Assembly (NCBI GenBank): GCA_054600435.1
Contig: BAAIJX010000015.1
Coordinates: 372,001-436,000, forward strand
Reading direction: 5' to 3'
From: Neophaeotheca triangularis
Lineage: Eukaryota
DNA length: 64,000 bases
Made by a program: the position numbers and the translations under genes. Of this stretch, positions 22,671-35,827 are shown piece by piece. Below the pieces are notes generated by a model. It was not told the origin of the DNA, made no database searches, and saw only the letters and a list, made by a program, of their open reading frames with translations. The stretch's first letter is position 1; the number at the start of each line of letters is the position of its first letter.

Positions 22671-22772
22671 GTTCACCCTGAGTGTTTTATTGTTTATGTC
22701 CTAAACAAATCTCCCTCTAGCGCCATGATATTCACAAGAAACCCTTTGGTGATCCAACACGGACGGCTTGCT

Positions 22773-22812
22773 AGCTGAAGCGGCCAGCGGGCAGCTGAAG
22801 CGGCCAGCGGGC
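22773..22812. repeat. Perfect 20-bp tandem duplication
   Basis: agctgaagcggccagcgggc x2. Confidence 0.9.
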
Positions 22813-23339
22813 GGCAGCGTCGGGTGCCTTTGGAACATTCCCGGGTACCTTACCTTCGAAAGACGTCGCGAACTTCAGGGTTAGAGTTGTTGTAAGAGTG
22901 GGAGTCGTGAAGAACTAGATCTTGCCCCCTCGGACCTACATTTTTCTTCTCCGGCTGTCAGATCATGTCGTAGTTTAGCGTAGATAAGCGAAGAAGCTCT
23001 TCTAGTCTCTAAGGCTTTCTTTAAGGGGAAACATTGTCGATGCTCTTAGACTATAAGCTGTTGCCTCGTAAAAGGGATGAAAGAAACAGATACTCAGATC
23101 TACAGCGTCCTACGCCGATCACTTGCCTCCTTCTTGTCCACTCGCGGCCCGTAGTCGATAATTAGACAGTAAAGTTGAACTTTTAGCCCATCAGGCTGAC
23201 AAAAAGTAGGTTAGAGTTGTACTAGCCAAGAATGGGAGACGGCCTATAAGTATGCATAGGGAGTCAAATAGGCGTAGACGATCCGCAAAGTCCTCAAGAA
23301 GCTTTATGTCGACGACCATAGAGGAGCAGTAGGAAAAAT

Positions 23340-25230
23340 CTATCCGTTGGTCTGAATCTCCCGCCCTTCCTCCGAAGCGAGTAGCCTCGACCGACCCCTC
23401 GGCCTCTTTCGCTCGCCACCAATCCTGCTACTCGGCCCTCCCACAGGGCCTTGGTACTCCTTCCCAGCCATGCCAAAAACATAGAGAGCCAGCGCCGCTG
23501 CCATCAAGCCTGCAAGAATCACTACGGCCCAGTTGAAATTACGCGCTGTCGGCTTGTAGTAGGCCGGCCATAGAGACCAGAAGATGGAGTAGCTGGTGTA
23601 CAGCATCGCCATGATGTTGACAGGCAGGCCATATCTCCCGAGAGACCACTTTGAAAACGGTAGAGGCTCGTTGCGAAGTCTTCTTGAGATCATGCAGGCG
23701 ATGGAGATGAGGTAGCTTGTTTGCAGAGCTACGGTGGCAAGAGAGATGACTGTGTAGAGCGCTGTGGTGGTGGCGAGGTTTAATAGCGACAACAGGGAGG
23801 TGTAGGCGGCTGTTGATAGGATGGCGGCACGGGGGACGCTATGGTGAAGCTGACCGAGCTGGGCGTGGAAGGGGAGACCTTTGTCTCGACTAGAACAAGT
23901 GAGGTCAGCAGACATTGAATTGCGGCTTAGGCGAGATAAGGAGGCTTACGCGAACGCAAATATCTGGCGTGAAGTCACTGCCAGCGCGTTGACAGTGATC
24001 ATTAAGAGGAGTGCGAGAATGACCGCCGTAAAGGCAGTAGTAGCCCCCCAGTCGGCGTTTCGCCCGAAACTGCTGTGGAAGACGTTGAGAACTGCTGAGC
24101 GGTCAGTCGCTGCTGAACCGCGGCGAGGAAGTATAAAGATCTTACATGGGTAAGGCGGCCGCAAAACTTCCTCCACAGACCCAATGCAAAAGCAATAAGT
24201 CAAGAGCATGGCAAAAGTCAAGGGTGCATTCAGCAGGAATGCCTATGTCATGCTCTTGGGCACCACCGAGCCGGCGTCTTCGATCCCATCGGCCAAGTGA
24301 GCAACTCCGTCACTGCCAAGCACAACAAACATGCAGGAGCCTTGTCCCACGAGAGCAGACAGACTTAGACTGGGCCAGTTGCCGCCGTTGTCCGTGAAAT
24401 CCAGAAAGACGGTTCTCATCGACTGCTTGCGTGCTAGGACGAACAGGGTGACGACTATCGGAACAAAGGCGAAGACGTGGAGAGTGGCAAGGATGCCCTC
24501 TAAAAGCGACACGTGCGAGGCGGCGAGGACGTTGAAGGCTAATACGACCGCAGCCGCAGCCATAATCAAAAGCGTGACCTGGTTTGTATGTCAGAATGGC
24601 CTACGCCCCTTTCACCATTTGTGAGCATTGTCACCAACATGCCTACAAGATTGGATTAGCAATGGTGCTGCTGCCGCGGAGTAGGCTCAGCTTACCATCT
24701 CGCAGGATCATACGAAGTAGCGTGGATCGTGATTAGGGCTTGGAAGACTGAAGCAATAATGTAACAATTGACAGCGACAACGCTTTGCTAGGCGATGGTC
24801 GACTGTATTCGTTAGTAATGGATGCGCAGACCTCCTCCGAATCGTCTGACAACGCACGATCCAGCCGGAGCAGTAGGATAAAAGTTTCCGGTGTTTCGCA
24901 GGAGCGAGTAGGAACACGCAGCCTAGTCCATGGTCAACCAGGAGGTCAGCAGTGAAGTTTGGACAGCTCATAGACTCACGATACTGAGCTCCGGCAGTCG
25001 GGAGAATGCTGGCAATCTCAGCCAACGAGAGCACGACGAAGAACTGTCCAACATAAGCCAGGACGAGGGACCAGAAAAGCAAGGCGACGCCACCATTCGT
25101 TAATCCCAGGCCATTGACTGTGAGGAAGATCTCCTAGGTTCCCGCGATGCACGAGGCGAAGCCAACGGATGATACATAGCAGAAACTGCGCTGTAGTTCT
25201 CGCTTCCGCGACAAGGGCTTGCGATTTTGC
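23340..25230 (-). pseudogene. APC-family amino-acid/GABA/choline permease pseudogene
   Basis: ELQRSF..GT*EIFL..GLTNGG..LSLAEIASILPTAGAQY; GSDGVAHLA; VVPKSMT*; TSRQIFAFA; WSLGRYGLPVN; FNWAVV. In-frame TAG at 25134-25136 and 24243-24245. Boundaries are approximate. Confidence 0.8.
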
Positions 25231-25755
25231 GTTAGCCAGGCTGGGAGGTACCTCTCACGAGAGTCTGGGTCTCACCTACAGACATGGATTTGAGAAGTCC
25301 CTTTTATTTTCCTGCCAGTCTGTATCCAAGCAGCGCACTTCAGCACCTGCACATGCGAGTCGCCAACATATCTGGTTCCTGAAGATGTCTAGGGAAGTGG
25401 CAGCCCCTCGATGAGTTGTAATGCTTGGCGTCCAGAGTAGGCCTTTGAGAAGTTCCTAGTAATGGTATGTATTTTAGGTCCTGAAGGCAAAGATGTAGTG
25501 ATCTAGGTATGTCGCGGTATGTCGAATGTGCTGTCAAGTACCTACGTAGTGGTGGACAATTCCCAAAGAAGATCGGAAGGTTCGCTCGAAGCTATCAAGG
25601 GCAGGAAATACAGCAACAGCACCTACCCTCCAAACAGACCAAGCACGCAATACGCCTGGTAGCCCAAATCGATCGCATCGTCCTCATGCGCCTGTGAAGC
25701 CAGCATCGCCTATACCTGCATTCCTCATACCGACCCACCGTGATCCCAAAATGCC

Positions 25756-27193
25756 ATGCCAGCTTTCGGTCTGCCCATCGGCGCGGCCTTCGTCGTTATC
25801 ACAGCAACAACAGCGATCATCTGGTCGTTGCTAGTGCTTGCCGTGCGCCTATACCTTCGTCTCAAGATCAATGGCCCCATGGGCAGCGATGACTACACTT
25901 GCATCGCGGCGACCGTACGAGACATCCAGTTCAAACAACTCAGACAAGCGATACTGACATGCCACGAGGCCGTTGGGGTAATACAGTCCTGCACCGTCCT
26001 CGGCGAAGCGCACGTGGGTCTCGGTCGCCATGCGGAAGACCTGTCGGCGCGCCAATTCCGCAACTACATCATCATGGTCTGGGTGCACGCGCAGCTCTAT
26101 TTGATTGTCATGGCTTTGTCGAAAATATCCGTTTGCCTGCTGATCGTCCGCATGACGAAGACACCGAAGCATCTCTACGCGGCTTACACGAGCATTGCCG
26201 GTTCGAGCCTTTGGGCGGCCATAGCGGTGTTGCTGGTTCAGTTTCAATGCGAGTTGCCGGAGCCGTGGGATGCTACTGGCAAGTGCATGAATCGAGTATG
26301 TTCTAGGGCTGCTTGTCGAGGCGGCTTTACTTGGAGCTGACTGCCCAGTAGATCGAGATGTGGACAGGCCTGCAAATATCCAACATGATACTGGAATTGT
26401 TCATCTTTAAAATCGCCTGCTTCTTGGTCTGGGGTCTCCGCATGAAAAGGCGACCGAAGACGGTAGTTCTGCTGGCTTTTGCTACGCGGCTCCTGTAAGA
26501 AAACTTTTTGCGGCCAACATCTGACGTAGACTCACTATGATCAGTACAATACCTCCGCTCATCTACCAACTTAACGTACTACGAGATGCCCTCCTCAGCC
26601 CAGACCGGAGCTTCAGCCGCGTCAACGTCGTAATCGCAACGCAGATAGCAATGCACATCAGCATAATCTGCGCCACGGTACCTTGTATCAAACCGTTCCT
26701 CAGCCTATTCAACACACGAACGACAAGCCTGCAGCTCAAGCGCCCACTCTTGCCGTTTCATAGGTCATTCAGAAGCGCCAGGGGCTCTGACGGCTCCGGT
26801 CGCTCGAGTAAGAAAGACATGAAAGGGCGGCAGCCTCGAGGGTTAACGAAATCGAAACGACCTAGTTATCGTCGAAATGAAAGCTCAGCAAAGTGGAAAG
26901 ACCAGGTGCGCATGACGACCAGCGAAACCGTAACCACGATCGAATATGTCCCACCCGAAGCTATGGCACCCGTCAAGCGCAGGTCGGTATCAGGCGTTTC
27001 AGCAAGTAGCCGCAGCGACAGCAGCAGCAACGGTATCGAGTTGTCTCGCAGTTTCGCGGTCCATTACGAAGACCTTTCCCCAAAATCATCAGCAAGCAGC
27101 GAATTCAGGCCTGGTGCGCTACGACGGTCCAGCACACAACCTTGCTCCCCGGCCGCATTTGAGCCTTCGAGCTCTCGAGATCGGGCAAGGTGA
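25756..27193 (+). CDS. Fungal rhodopsin-domain (PTH11-like) integral membrane protein
   Basis: VRLYLR..GSDDY, GLGRH, LSKISVCLLIVR, FQCELPEPW, SIICATVPCIKPFL, Ser-rich tail. Introns 25915-25968, 26296-26351, 26495-26544. Confidence 0.85.
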
Positions 27194-27239
27194 ATCTAGG
27201 TGGACGCTTGATGTACACCTAATGTTAGCATTGTAGAAC

Positions 27240-28333
27240 CTATGTATCCTTGTCGCTGCCTTCACTGTCGTCCTCACCCTCGGTCGTGATCCTGTTACCC
27301 TCGACAGCCTTCTCGACCTCAGGAACCAAACTCTCCATGAAATCCTTGTCACGACCGACAAGCGTGACGGTGTTTCTGCTCTTTCCCCAACGCGGATACG
27401 ACCCGACTTTGATGCCCTTGGGCTCCACCTTGCCCGACAGCTCCGTCAAATACCCAGCCACTGCACTTTCAGCCATCGGCGTACTGAAAAGGATCCTGTG
27501 AACGCCCTTGCCCTCTGGATCCGTCAACCGGGGCAAAAGAGCCGGCTTAAGCCCCGTGAGCATCTTCTCGAACAGCCTAGGAATGCCCGGGAAGATGTGC
27601 ACATTGCCGTTGACGATGTTGATCGGCACCCACAGATCTTCGGCAGCGAAGACTACCTGCTGCTCATCCGGTAGCTTCTCGTCGTACGGGAGCTCGATCA
27701 TGCGCAGTTTCGCCCGTCGGTCAGGCGTGTCCTCGTCCCAGCTGAAGTTCTTCTGGCTCGGATGCGGTTTACTCAGTCGCTTCATACGTTCGAACGCCTT
27801 TTGATGGAGCACCAGCGGAAGGTCGAAGGCGCGGGCTATGGATTGATATGTAATGTCGTCGTGGGTTGGGCCAATGCCACCAGACGTCACCACAAAATCG
27901 TAGTTTGTCGACATACGCCGGACGGCTTCGATGATCTCGCCTTCATCGTCGGCAATGACCTCGACGCGCTTGAGATTGATTCCCAGGCTGAAACAGTACT
28001 TGGCGAACCACGCGGAGTTTGTGTCGACGGTCTAGGGAGGCTGCTCAGCTTTTGGCCTCAGCTAGGTCTGCCATGGGTGGCGGGAGTTTTGCGATTCGCC
28101 CTTGTTGGACGATGAGAACACACCTTCCCTCCGAGCACTTCATCGCCTATGATTAGACATGCTGCCGTGTTGATTGTTCGTTTGCTTCGTTCTGAAGCCA
28201 TGAATGCTCGTGACGTCGACGATAGACTGCCAAGACCACCAGTCTGCGGTGTCAATGCCGCTGCTGATGCGTGGGTATAGTTGGGCAGGGGTCGAGAGAG
28301 GTGACGAGAGAGTTGGCTGAGGCGAGAAAACAT
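27240..28333 (-). CDS. Molybdopterin-binding (MoCF_biosynth/CinA-like) domain protein, FPY1-like FAD diphosphatase
   Basis: ACLIIGDEVLGGK|TVDTNS, DFVVTSGGIGPTHDDIT, HIFPGIP. Intron 28032-28123; presequence-like N-terminus MFSRLSQLSRHL. Confidence 0.85.
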
Positions 28334-28547
28334 GTGTGGTGTTGTAAAAGAAGGTGAGGGAGAAAGAGGTGGTGGTGGTGGTGATCGTGTAGACGTGAGG
28401 TCTACTTTCACTATCCAGACGACGAGGAAGGTGCGGGGCAGGCTTCAGCGACCAGAAGTGACCCCACTATGGCTGGATCATCGCGTTCGCGGTAGGACGA
28501 ATCCATCTGATCAACAACACAGACACGGCCGCTAAACACTCGCAAAC

Positions 28548-29262
28548 ATGGTATGGGCATCGTCACACACAATTCGCCTCGGCACAATGATGGCTAATAT
28601 GATTCCACTCAGTCTTCAGAATCCCGCCTCTACACCTTTTCAGATGAGACCAAGACCAAACTCAGAAAGTTCCGGCTAGGTAGGTCATACCAGGGAAAGA
28701 GATATACGAACCCGTCTCTCGTCTTGCAAGAAGCAAGAAGCAAAAGGCATACGAGAACCACCCGTGCAAACCAACAAGCTGACCTCGTCCCACAGGCACC
28801 TCGAGAGCCAAAGACCCGCAAGCCGTGATATGTACGCGGTAACAACCCGACCCAAACACCAAACCCTCCTCAAAATCGCCAACAGCCTCCCTCCCCCCAT
28901 GAACCCACCAATATAGACTAACACCACTCCCCAAGAAAGACCAGATCAACAAAGCCACGATGGAAATCCACCCCTCGGACGACCAAGTCCTAACCTCACT
29001 GCAAGAGATTTCCGACGAGCTGCCGGACAACTCGCCGCGCTTCGTACTGCTGAGCTACCCTCTGACGCAAGCTTCCGGTCGCCTGGCCGTGCCATATGTC
29101 ATGGTCAATTACTTGCCGGCGACGTGTAATGCCGAGTTGAGGATGCTATATGCGGGGGCCAAGGAGCTAATGCGGAATCAGAGCGAAGTGGGCAGGATTA
29201 TTGAGGTCAGTGAGGCCGAGGAGGTGGAGGAGTTGGAAAATGTGTTGAAAGGAGAGGAGTGA
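28548..29262 (+). CDS. AIM7: Glia maturation factor (ADF-H domain, Arp2/3 regulator)
   Basis: Exons 28548-28550 (ATG), 28613-28679, 28796-28831, 28940-29262: MSSESRLYTFSDETKTKLRKFRLGTSRAKDPQAVIY..ELPDNSPRFVLLSYP..RMLYAGAKELMR. Confidence 0.9.
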
Positions 29263-29727
29263 AGAAAGGTGCGGGAAGCAAGGAGAGTGGGGGCGGGGGG
29301 TTCAGAAGTAGAGTGGGAGGAGAGGGCCAGGTCCCGTGAGCGTTTTCAGGAAGACTTGAAAAGAAAAGAATGATCTCGATTAAGCTATGGTGACGCCCAT
29401 TCCTTCGCCGTGCTTGCGCCAGCACTTGTGTGTGAAAGAAAGAGTCCTTTTCTACCATTTTGAGCCCGCCTGCTAATGCAACACGAAAGGGGATATCAAG
29501 TTGACCGCTGGAGTCGAGACAGAACCTCTTGTCCTGTCTCCTCTCCCAATTGGCCGGAAAATGCGCTCGCCATCCTCTTGTCCACGTTCTACCCAGTCCT
29601 TGCACGCTTCTTGCGATCCATCCAGCCTTTTCATCTCCCGTTGATCAGCGCGTTCGGGTCTGCCGTCCTGCTGTTCGTCTTCTTCCAGCGCCCTTCTCTT
29701 CTCGTACTCTACTTCCCCTTCTATTCC

Positions 29728-30684
29728 TCACATCACGGTACACTTCGCACAGCAACCAGCGTCGTTGTCGCCCTCACCATCCATCTCCATCTTCTGACTG
29801 GGACCATTGGCACCTCCAGACCCACCACCACCAGGATACGAGGACATATCGCGGTTGTACTTTCGAATCTCACGCACAATGTCGTAGAAGGCGTTGTCGA
29901 CATTTATGCGCGACTTGGCAGAAGTCTCGATGAATTTGCAGCCGAACTGACGAGCAAGCGCCGCGCCCTCTGTAGAACAATATCGTTAATCGCAAGTCCA
30001 CGCTTTCTACCCATGGTACTAAAATGACCATGTATCAAGCTCACCTTCTGTCGTCACTTGTCTCTCGTGCTCCAGATCGCACTTGTTGCCCACGACGATG
30101 ATCGGGAAGTAGTCCTTGTCCTTGACGCGTAGTATTTGTTGCTGGAATGTTTGTATCTCCTCGAAACTCTGGCGCGACGTGATGCTGTAAACGAGCAGAA
30201 AGCCTTCACCGGTCCGCATGTACTGCTCTCGCATGGCGGAGTACTCTTCTTGTCCGGCCGTATCGAGGACATCGAGAAGCGCGACTTCGTCGTCAATGAC
30301 GCATTGCTTGCGGTAGGAGTCTGGAGTGGGGAAGCAATGTCAGTAAGGAGCGGTCAAGGATCATGTTTGGCAGAAAGGTGGCAGGGGATGGATGGTATAG
30401 CAACAGCTGTGTGGTGTGTCGCAGGGGCAATTGTAGCACCCGCAGCGCGAGTGGTGGGTGTGCGCACCTTCGATTGTCGGGTCGTACTCGTCGACGAAGT
30501 GGGCTTGGATGAGTTGAATGGTCAAGCATGATTTTCCGACTCCACCGCCTCCTACAACGACTAATTTGTATTCCCGTAGGAACTGGAGAGAAGTGTCAGT
30601 TGCTGCGTGGTGGGTATATAGTCACTAATGCCGGCGCTGTTGTTTGGCGGGAATGCAGCGCGAAACACTCACTTTGGAGGCCAT
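29728..30684 (-). CDS. RAS1: Ras small GTPase (Ras1/RasA)
   Basis: Exons 30684-30673, 30582-30468, 30320-30045, 29969-29728: [43 protein letters not shown] palmitoylation site and CaaX CTVM. Confidence 0.97.
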
Positions 30685-31285
30685 GACGAAAAGCTGGACG
30701 TGGGTTTGCGTGGGTATAACTTGTTTCAATGCCTGCGGGTATCTTTTCGCCTCGTCCGGAAAACAGGGAAGCAGGCTGAGGGGAAGGGTGCGCGTGTCCT
30801 GGCGGGGATGTAGCTGGCAGCGCTGAGGCAAGGGGAGGTTCTGAGATGGGCTGCGCGTAGGCTAAAGAAGCGATTGCAGACGCTGGTCTCGGCGTCTGTC
30901 TGGCTTGGACAAACGACTTCCCGACCCGGGTTCTTGGGATCGACTCTTCGTCAAGACGTGTTGGTGTTTGAATCGGCAAGATTTGATTGAGATTGAAGTC
31001 GTAAAGCGAGACTGTGCCTGTGCCGAGCAGCAGAAATCGAGGAACAGAATATATGAGGTGTCGAGGTGAGGATGAGGAGTGAGGTAGCAGGGCTCGACGG
31101 TCTTCTAAAAGGATGCGCGTGTAGATTGCCTGCGGTCGCTGTCACAATTAAGTGATAGATTGCGGGCACGACGGTGATGCGCCTTGGCTTTCTTGCAGCT
31201 CTTTTCTTTTCGGAGATGTAAGGGCGCGGACGCGGAGGGTGGTCGATGAGGGTGGTGGGGAGGAGTGGGTGAGGGTGGTGAGAAT

Positions 31286-31339
31286 GTTGGTAGTGGTAGT
31301 GGTGGTGGTGGTGGTTGTAGTAGTAGAGGTGGTGGTGGT
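31286..31339. repeat. Imperfect (GGT/AGT)n trinucleotide tract
   Basis: gttggtagtggtagtggtggtggtggtggttgtagtagtagaggtggtggt upstream of RAS. Confidence 0.8.
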
Positions 31340-33197
31340 AAGGTAGTTGGCGACAGGGGATGGCGGGAGTCGGGAAGACTGACTAACTGCTGCTACTACT
31401 ACCCTTGGAGGCCGAGTGGAGAGTTTAGGGGACTTCCGATTATTATGGTCTCTGCTTCGTCGTCTGCTCTTCTGTGCTTCTTTTTCCTCCGGGCCCCCCC
31501 TTGACTTTGGACGAGGGAGCGGACCTTGTCTTTTGAGTTTGGCGCCTTCGTTTCGTAGGGCAGCTTCGGAGGCTAACGTTAGTGTGCTCCAAGGAAGCCT
31601 CTAGCCCACCAGACCACCAGCTCAAGCCTCATCCTGCCGAGCCTTGCCCATATACGTCTCGACTTGTGGGGAAGTGCAGTGCTAGTTTTGCCCATGGAAC
31701 GCCAAGAGAAGTTTATAAAGAACAATGTCAAAATCTTTGCGTTATCTGATCATATTATCATATATTATTGAGACGAGACCAAGAATACTGAGGTAACCAG
31801 GCGACATGCTTGTCATCAACGAGTGAAGAAGCTCTACTGCGTGTATTATGAACCCCTTCCGCAATAATAACATCCATCCATATGATCAACAATTAACCAC
31901 CCCCCTCCCTTTGAAACTTTTCGTCTGCTCCTCCCCATACCCCCATCTCGGCAGCACCCTTGAGCACGATATCGGATATCCCACACAATCCAATGCTACC
32001 TCATGGCTACCTAGCTAACGTTACAAGAAGGGTACTTTATGCTACTACTACAAGACATGCCGATGAACCACTTAAAAAGACCCACCAAAACCAGCCCTCC
32101 TGATAAAACACAGATTACAGCGCTCCAACAAGACGCTCGAACACAAGCACGTCCAGCCCCGCGGCCAAAACCCCCCTCCTCCCCGATACCACCACCTGCC
32201 GCCATCGATGATCGAGCTTCGTTGAACACCAGCACAGACAATCACACAAGATTAAGAACAGACGAACGCTTCCAATCTTCTCCCGCAAGCGCTAAACAGT
32301 TAACGGGTAGAGTCCGCGAGTCCGCGCCGGCGCGAGTCGCGACTCGCCGAAAGCACGCTCGGCACGCTGCACGCTCTTACCGCGGTAGTTTCACCAGTGC
32401 ACGCTGCACGCGCCCATGGCAATGATAGGTACTACCGTGTCGAGCCCAATTTCGCCAAAAAACGAGAAAACCCTTCTTCTGTTTAAGCACTAGGTACCTA
32501 CTAGAAACTCGCACACGCTGGCTAGTGCGGTAATGGCAAAGGCACAGTTTCACATCAATAATAAGTTTAATACAAAGGCATTCGCACCGACAATTGTTGT
32601 TGGTTGGTTGGTTGGTTGGTCTCAAAGAAGACAAGTCATGTGACTTCTACTTCATGCGAGTCTGCCTCGCTTATCACGCGTGGCCGTTTTTTTCTCGCGT
32701 GCCTTATGGATGTCGGCTTTCCAGAATCTTGCCTAGCTGGGTGTGGTGTATTTGGTTGATTGGGAAGCTGCGAGCTGGTGGTGGGCCGCTGGGAGCTGTG
32801 AGTGGTCTCGCACGCGCTGGCTGCGGGCTGGAGCTACAGCTATATATATGTATGTGTACCTCTTTCGTGTGCTTCGAACGATGACAGGTCCACTCGTCCT
32901 GTAATTGTGAGCGCTGGGAAGGTCTAGTTGCGCTATGCTGGGCTGTGGTCTTTTGTGGCTTCGCCAGAGACATTGGATTGAGGACATTCGTGAATTAGGT
33001 TCGTCAGTTCTGTATTAGCTCTACAGGCACCGCAAGCGCCTTCGCTCCCAGCAAAACAATAACTTTCAGGCGTATTGACACAGACCTATGGTCACAGGAT
33101 ATTTGCTACAACTGCAAGCCGCCGCCGCCACCACTCCCTCTCCTGTCTTTCAGAGAGATCTGGAACGCCTCGCAGTCTTGCCATTTGCAGAAAAAGC

Positions 33198-35383
33198 CTA
33201 GTACATCATCATGTCTGAGAATCGCAGCACGTTAGCATAGCTCCACACCTGCCGGGACACTCGGGAAACTCCAGCAATTGTACGAATTGTGCACAACGAG
33301 CATAGCGGGGGCAATCGAGATACTCACCACGACCGAAAAGCGCCCTCTTGCCCCAGTCCATCGCCAGCAACACTCTTGTGCGCAAACTCACGCTTTGGGC
33401 AAAGTAGACACTGCGCCATAGGTATACCGCGAGCAGTCCGCCGCCAAAGCTTAAGCCGTTGAAGTCGAATATTGCCGCGTTACCGATGTATGCCAGCGAG
33501 CCCATGTGCTTGTATTCAAAAGCTTTGTATACGGCGCCATCGACATCGCCATCGGTGATATCGTTCATACTCAACCCCGGAGCGGCTTGCGCGAGCTTGT
33601 TCAGCTTGCGGCCGAGGTAGAGACCCTGCTGGTGCGCACGCTGGGCTGTGGCAGGCAGCGAGGTGAGTTTGGAATCGATCTGCTTGAGGAGCTCGCTAAG
33701 CTCGCCAAAGTCAAGGGTTCCGGACTTGTCCTTGTCGTAAGCGTCGAAAAGTTTGTCGAGGCGTCGGAGGTGGTCGGCGGCCTGTGGGAATCTAGCCTTG
33801 ACGCGCTTCGCCACGCCGCGCCAGTCGTTGTAGCTGATTTGCATCGTCTCTGGATCCTTGTTCTTCTCCCACGCGAGCGTTCGTAGGAAGGTGACGATGT
33901 GGTCAGAGACATTGTTCTGGACGGTGCTGCAATCTCCAATGGCGTAAACGTCGCCCAGCGGTGAGCCGGACAGACGGAGATGGGTATCAGTTTCGAGGGC
34001 ATGGCGATTGTTCTGTCCTTCCAAGCGCTTGGCTAACCGTTGCGACAAGTCAGTTTGCGAGACACCTGTAGACCACAAGCAGAATCCGTGGGGTAGCTCT
34101 TTGGTGACGAGGTTGCCGTCCTCGTCTTTCTGCGTGAAAAGGATGCGATCTGACATGACCTCCTTGACGCGCGAGTTGGTCTGTACGTCGACTTGATCAT
34201 GGGCAAATCGAGATTCGGCATAGCGGGAAAGTGCCTCGTCGTACGTGTTGAGAATGTGGCCGCGCGATTGAATGACATGGACCGAGATTTCGTTTCGAAG
34301 AATGCGGGGGTAGTATCTGCAGAGGTCTTCGTTGAGCATGTCGTAGAGCTCGGCAGCGAACTCGACACCAGTGGGCCCTCCACCAGAGACTACAAATGAT
34401 AACAGCCGCTTCCGTTCGTCGTCAGAGGTCGTAGGCAGGCAAGCTTCCTCAAGATTCTTGATCACTGAGTTACGGATCTGCCTCGCATCACTAATGTCCT
34501 TGAGGAAATGGCAATGCTCAAGTCCTTTCACACCGTGGGGGTTTGTGGTAGAGCCGACACCCAACACGAGCTTGTCGTATGGTAGATAGAAGTTTAGCTT
34601 CTCCCCATTGGCGCCAGTCGATGTACACTCAACCAACTTCTCGCTAAACTCCACGTCATCCGCAGACGCCTTCAGGAAATGACCCTTGACCCGCGCTACA
34701 ATACGCCTGATGGGCTCCACCAGTGACCTAAGCTCGAGAGTACCAACAGTTGCAGACGGCAACATGGGTGTGAACAGGAAGTAGTTGCTTGGACTGACAA
34801 CCGTGACATGGTAGTCATCGGGATTCAGCTGTTTCAACAGCGCGACGCTCCCCCAGCCAGTTCCAAGTATCACGAGCTTAGGCTTGTGCTTTTGCGCCCT
34901 CTTCTCTGGTGTGTCATCGTCGTCGACAAAGTACTCGGCTATTGGCAAATTCTTCGGTCCGCCTCTTCGTGGGCTCAGCGCATACTCTGATACGGGGATA
35001 TCAAAGGCTTCTGGTTCGACGGTATAGGTCGTGGCGTCGTAGATGAAGAAGGCGACGACGACCCCTCCCAAGACAACAACTGTTAGACCAAGGTATAGAA
35101 AGCTCTTGTAGGCGTAGTAACTCAATCGAGACTTGCCAGCTTCGGGCTTCTTGATGATTGTTGAGGTGTATCTCTGCTGGAAGTGCTGGCACCTCGGTAT
35201 ACGTAGGGATTTGAGGATTGTTCTTGGTAGAGTCTGGGTAGTGATGGAGGATATCGGCTGCTGGTAGGGTTTCGCAAGTGATCGCGTGAAGGCACTGGGC
35301 CTGCTCTGGAAGCATTGGCTCAGCTTGAGAGGCGTAGGTCCATTGCGAGCTGCCTTGGGCGCAAAGCGTGGGAGAGGAAGCAT
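33198..35383 (-). CDS. NDE1: Type II (alternative) mitochondrial NADH dehydrogenase with EF-hand (Neurospora NDE1-type)
   Basis: LVILGTGWG, FLFTPMLPS, VSGGGPTGVEFAAEL, YAIGDC, EF-hand DKDKSGTLDFGEL, LPATAQRAHQQG. Last intron 33215-33327, then DMMMY*. Confidence 0.92.
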
Positions 35384-35827
35384 CGCAGGTGTCTGGTGTT
35401 GGGCGCTCAGGGCGCTTTCAGAGCCTCAATGGCATGTAGCGAGCGTAGAAGTGACAGTGATGACCTTTTCTTTGGCAAATGATGTTGGGCAAGGAAAGTA
35501 GATGTATCGCGATCAAGGTTAGACGGCCGTGGACGGCTCGACACGGACGAGAGCTCGTAGACGTCAACCTTCCAATTCCAATTCCCGTCCCTTTAACGTT
35601 GGGCAGTGGTTAGGGCACCTGCAAGCAAGGCACCCGTGGAGCATTCCCGTCCGTTTTGGTGGCGGTGACGTCGAAACCTTTCCAAACTCTTATCGATAAG
35701 CGTGAAGTGGCATTGGACGCCTTCGCAATACTATTGAGAGAAACGACATTAAAAGGTCAACTAGGTACCTACACTTTTAAAATCACTTTCAAGAGGACCT
35801 AAATCAACACCTCCCGAATCTTCCAAC

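Noticed and set aside
26346..26351. CAGTAG tandem acceptor whose proximal use would insert a stop codon
   Set aside because: The proximal AG is only about 8 nt from the branch A, so distal use is more plausible; no evidence of regulation.
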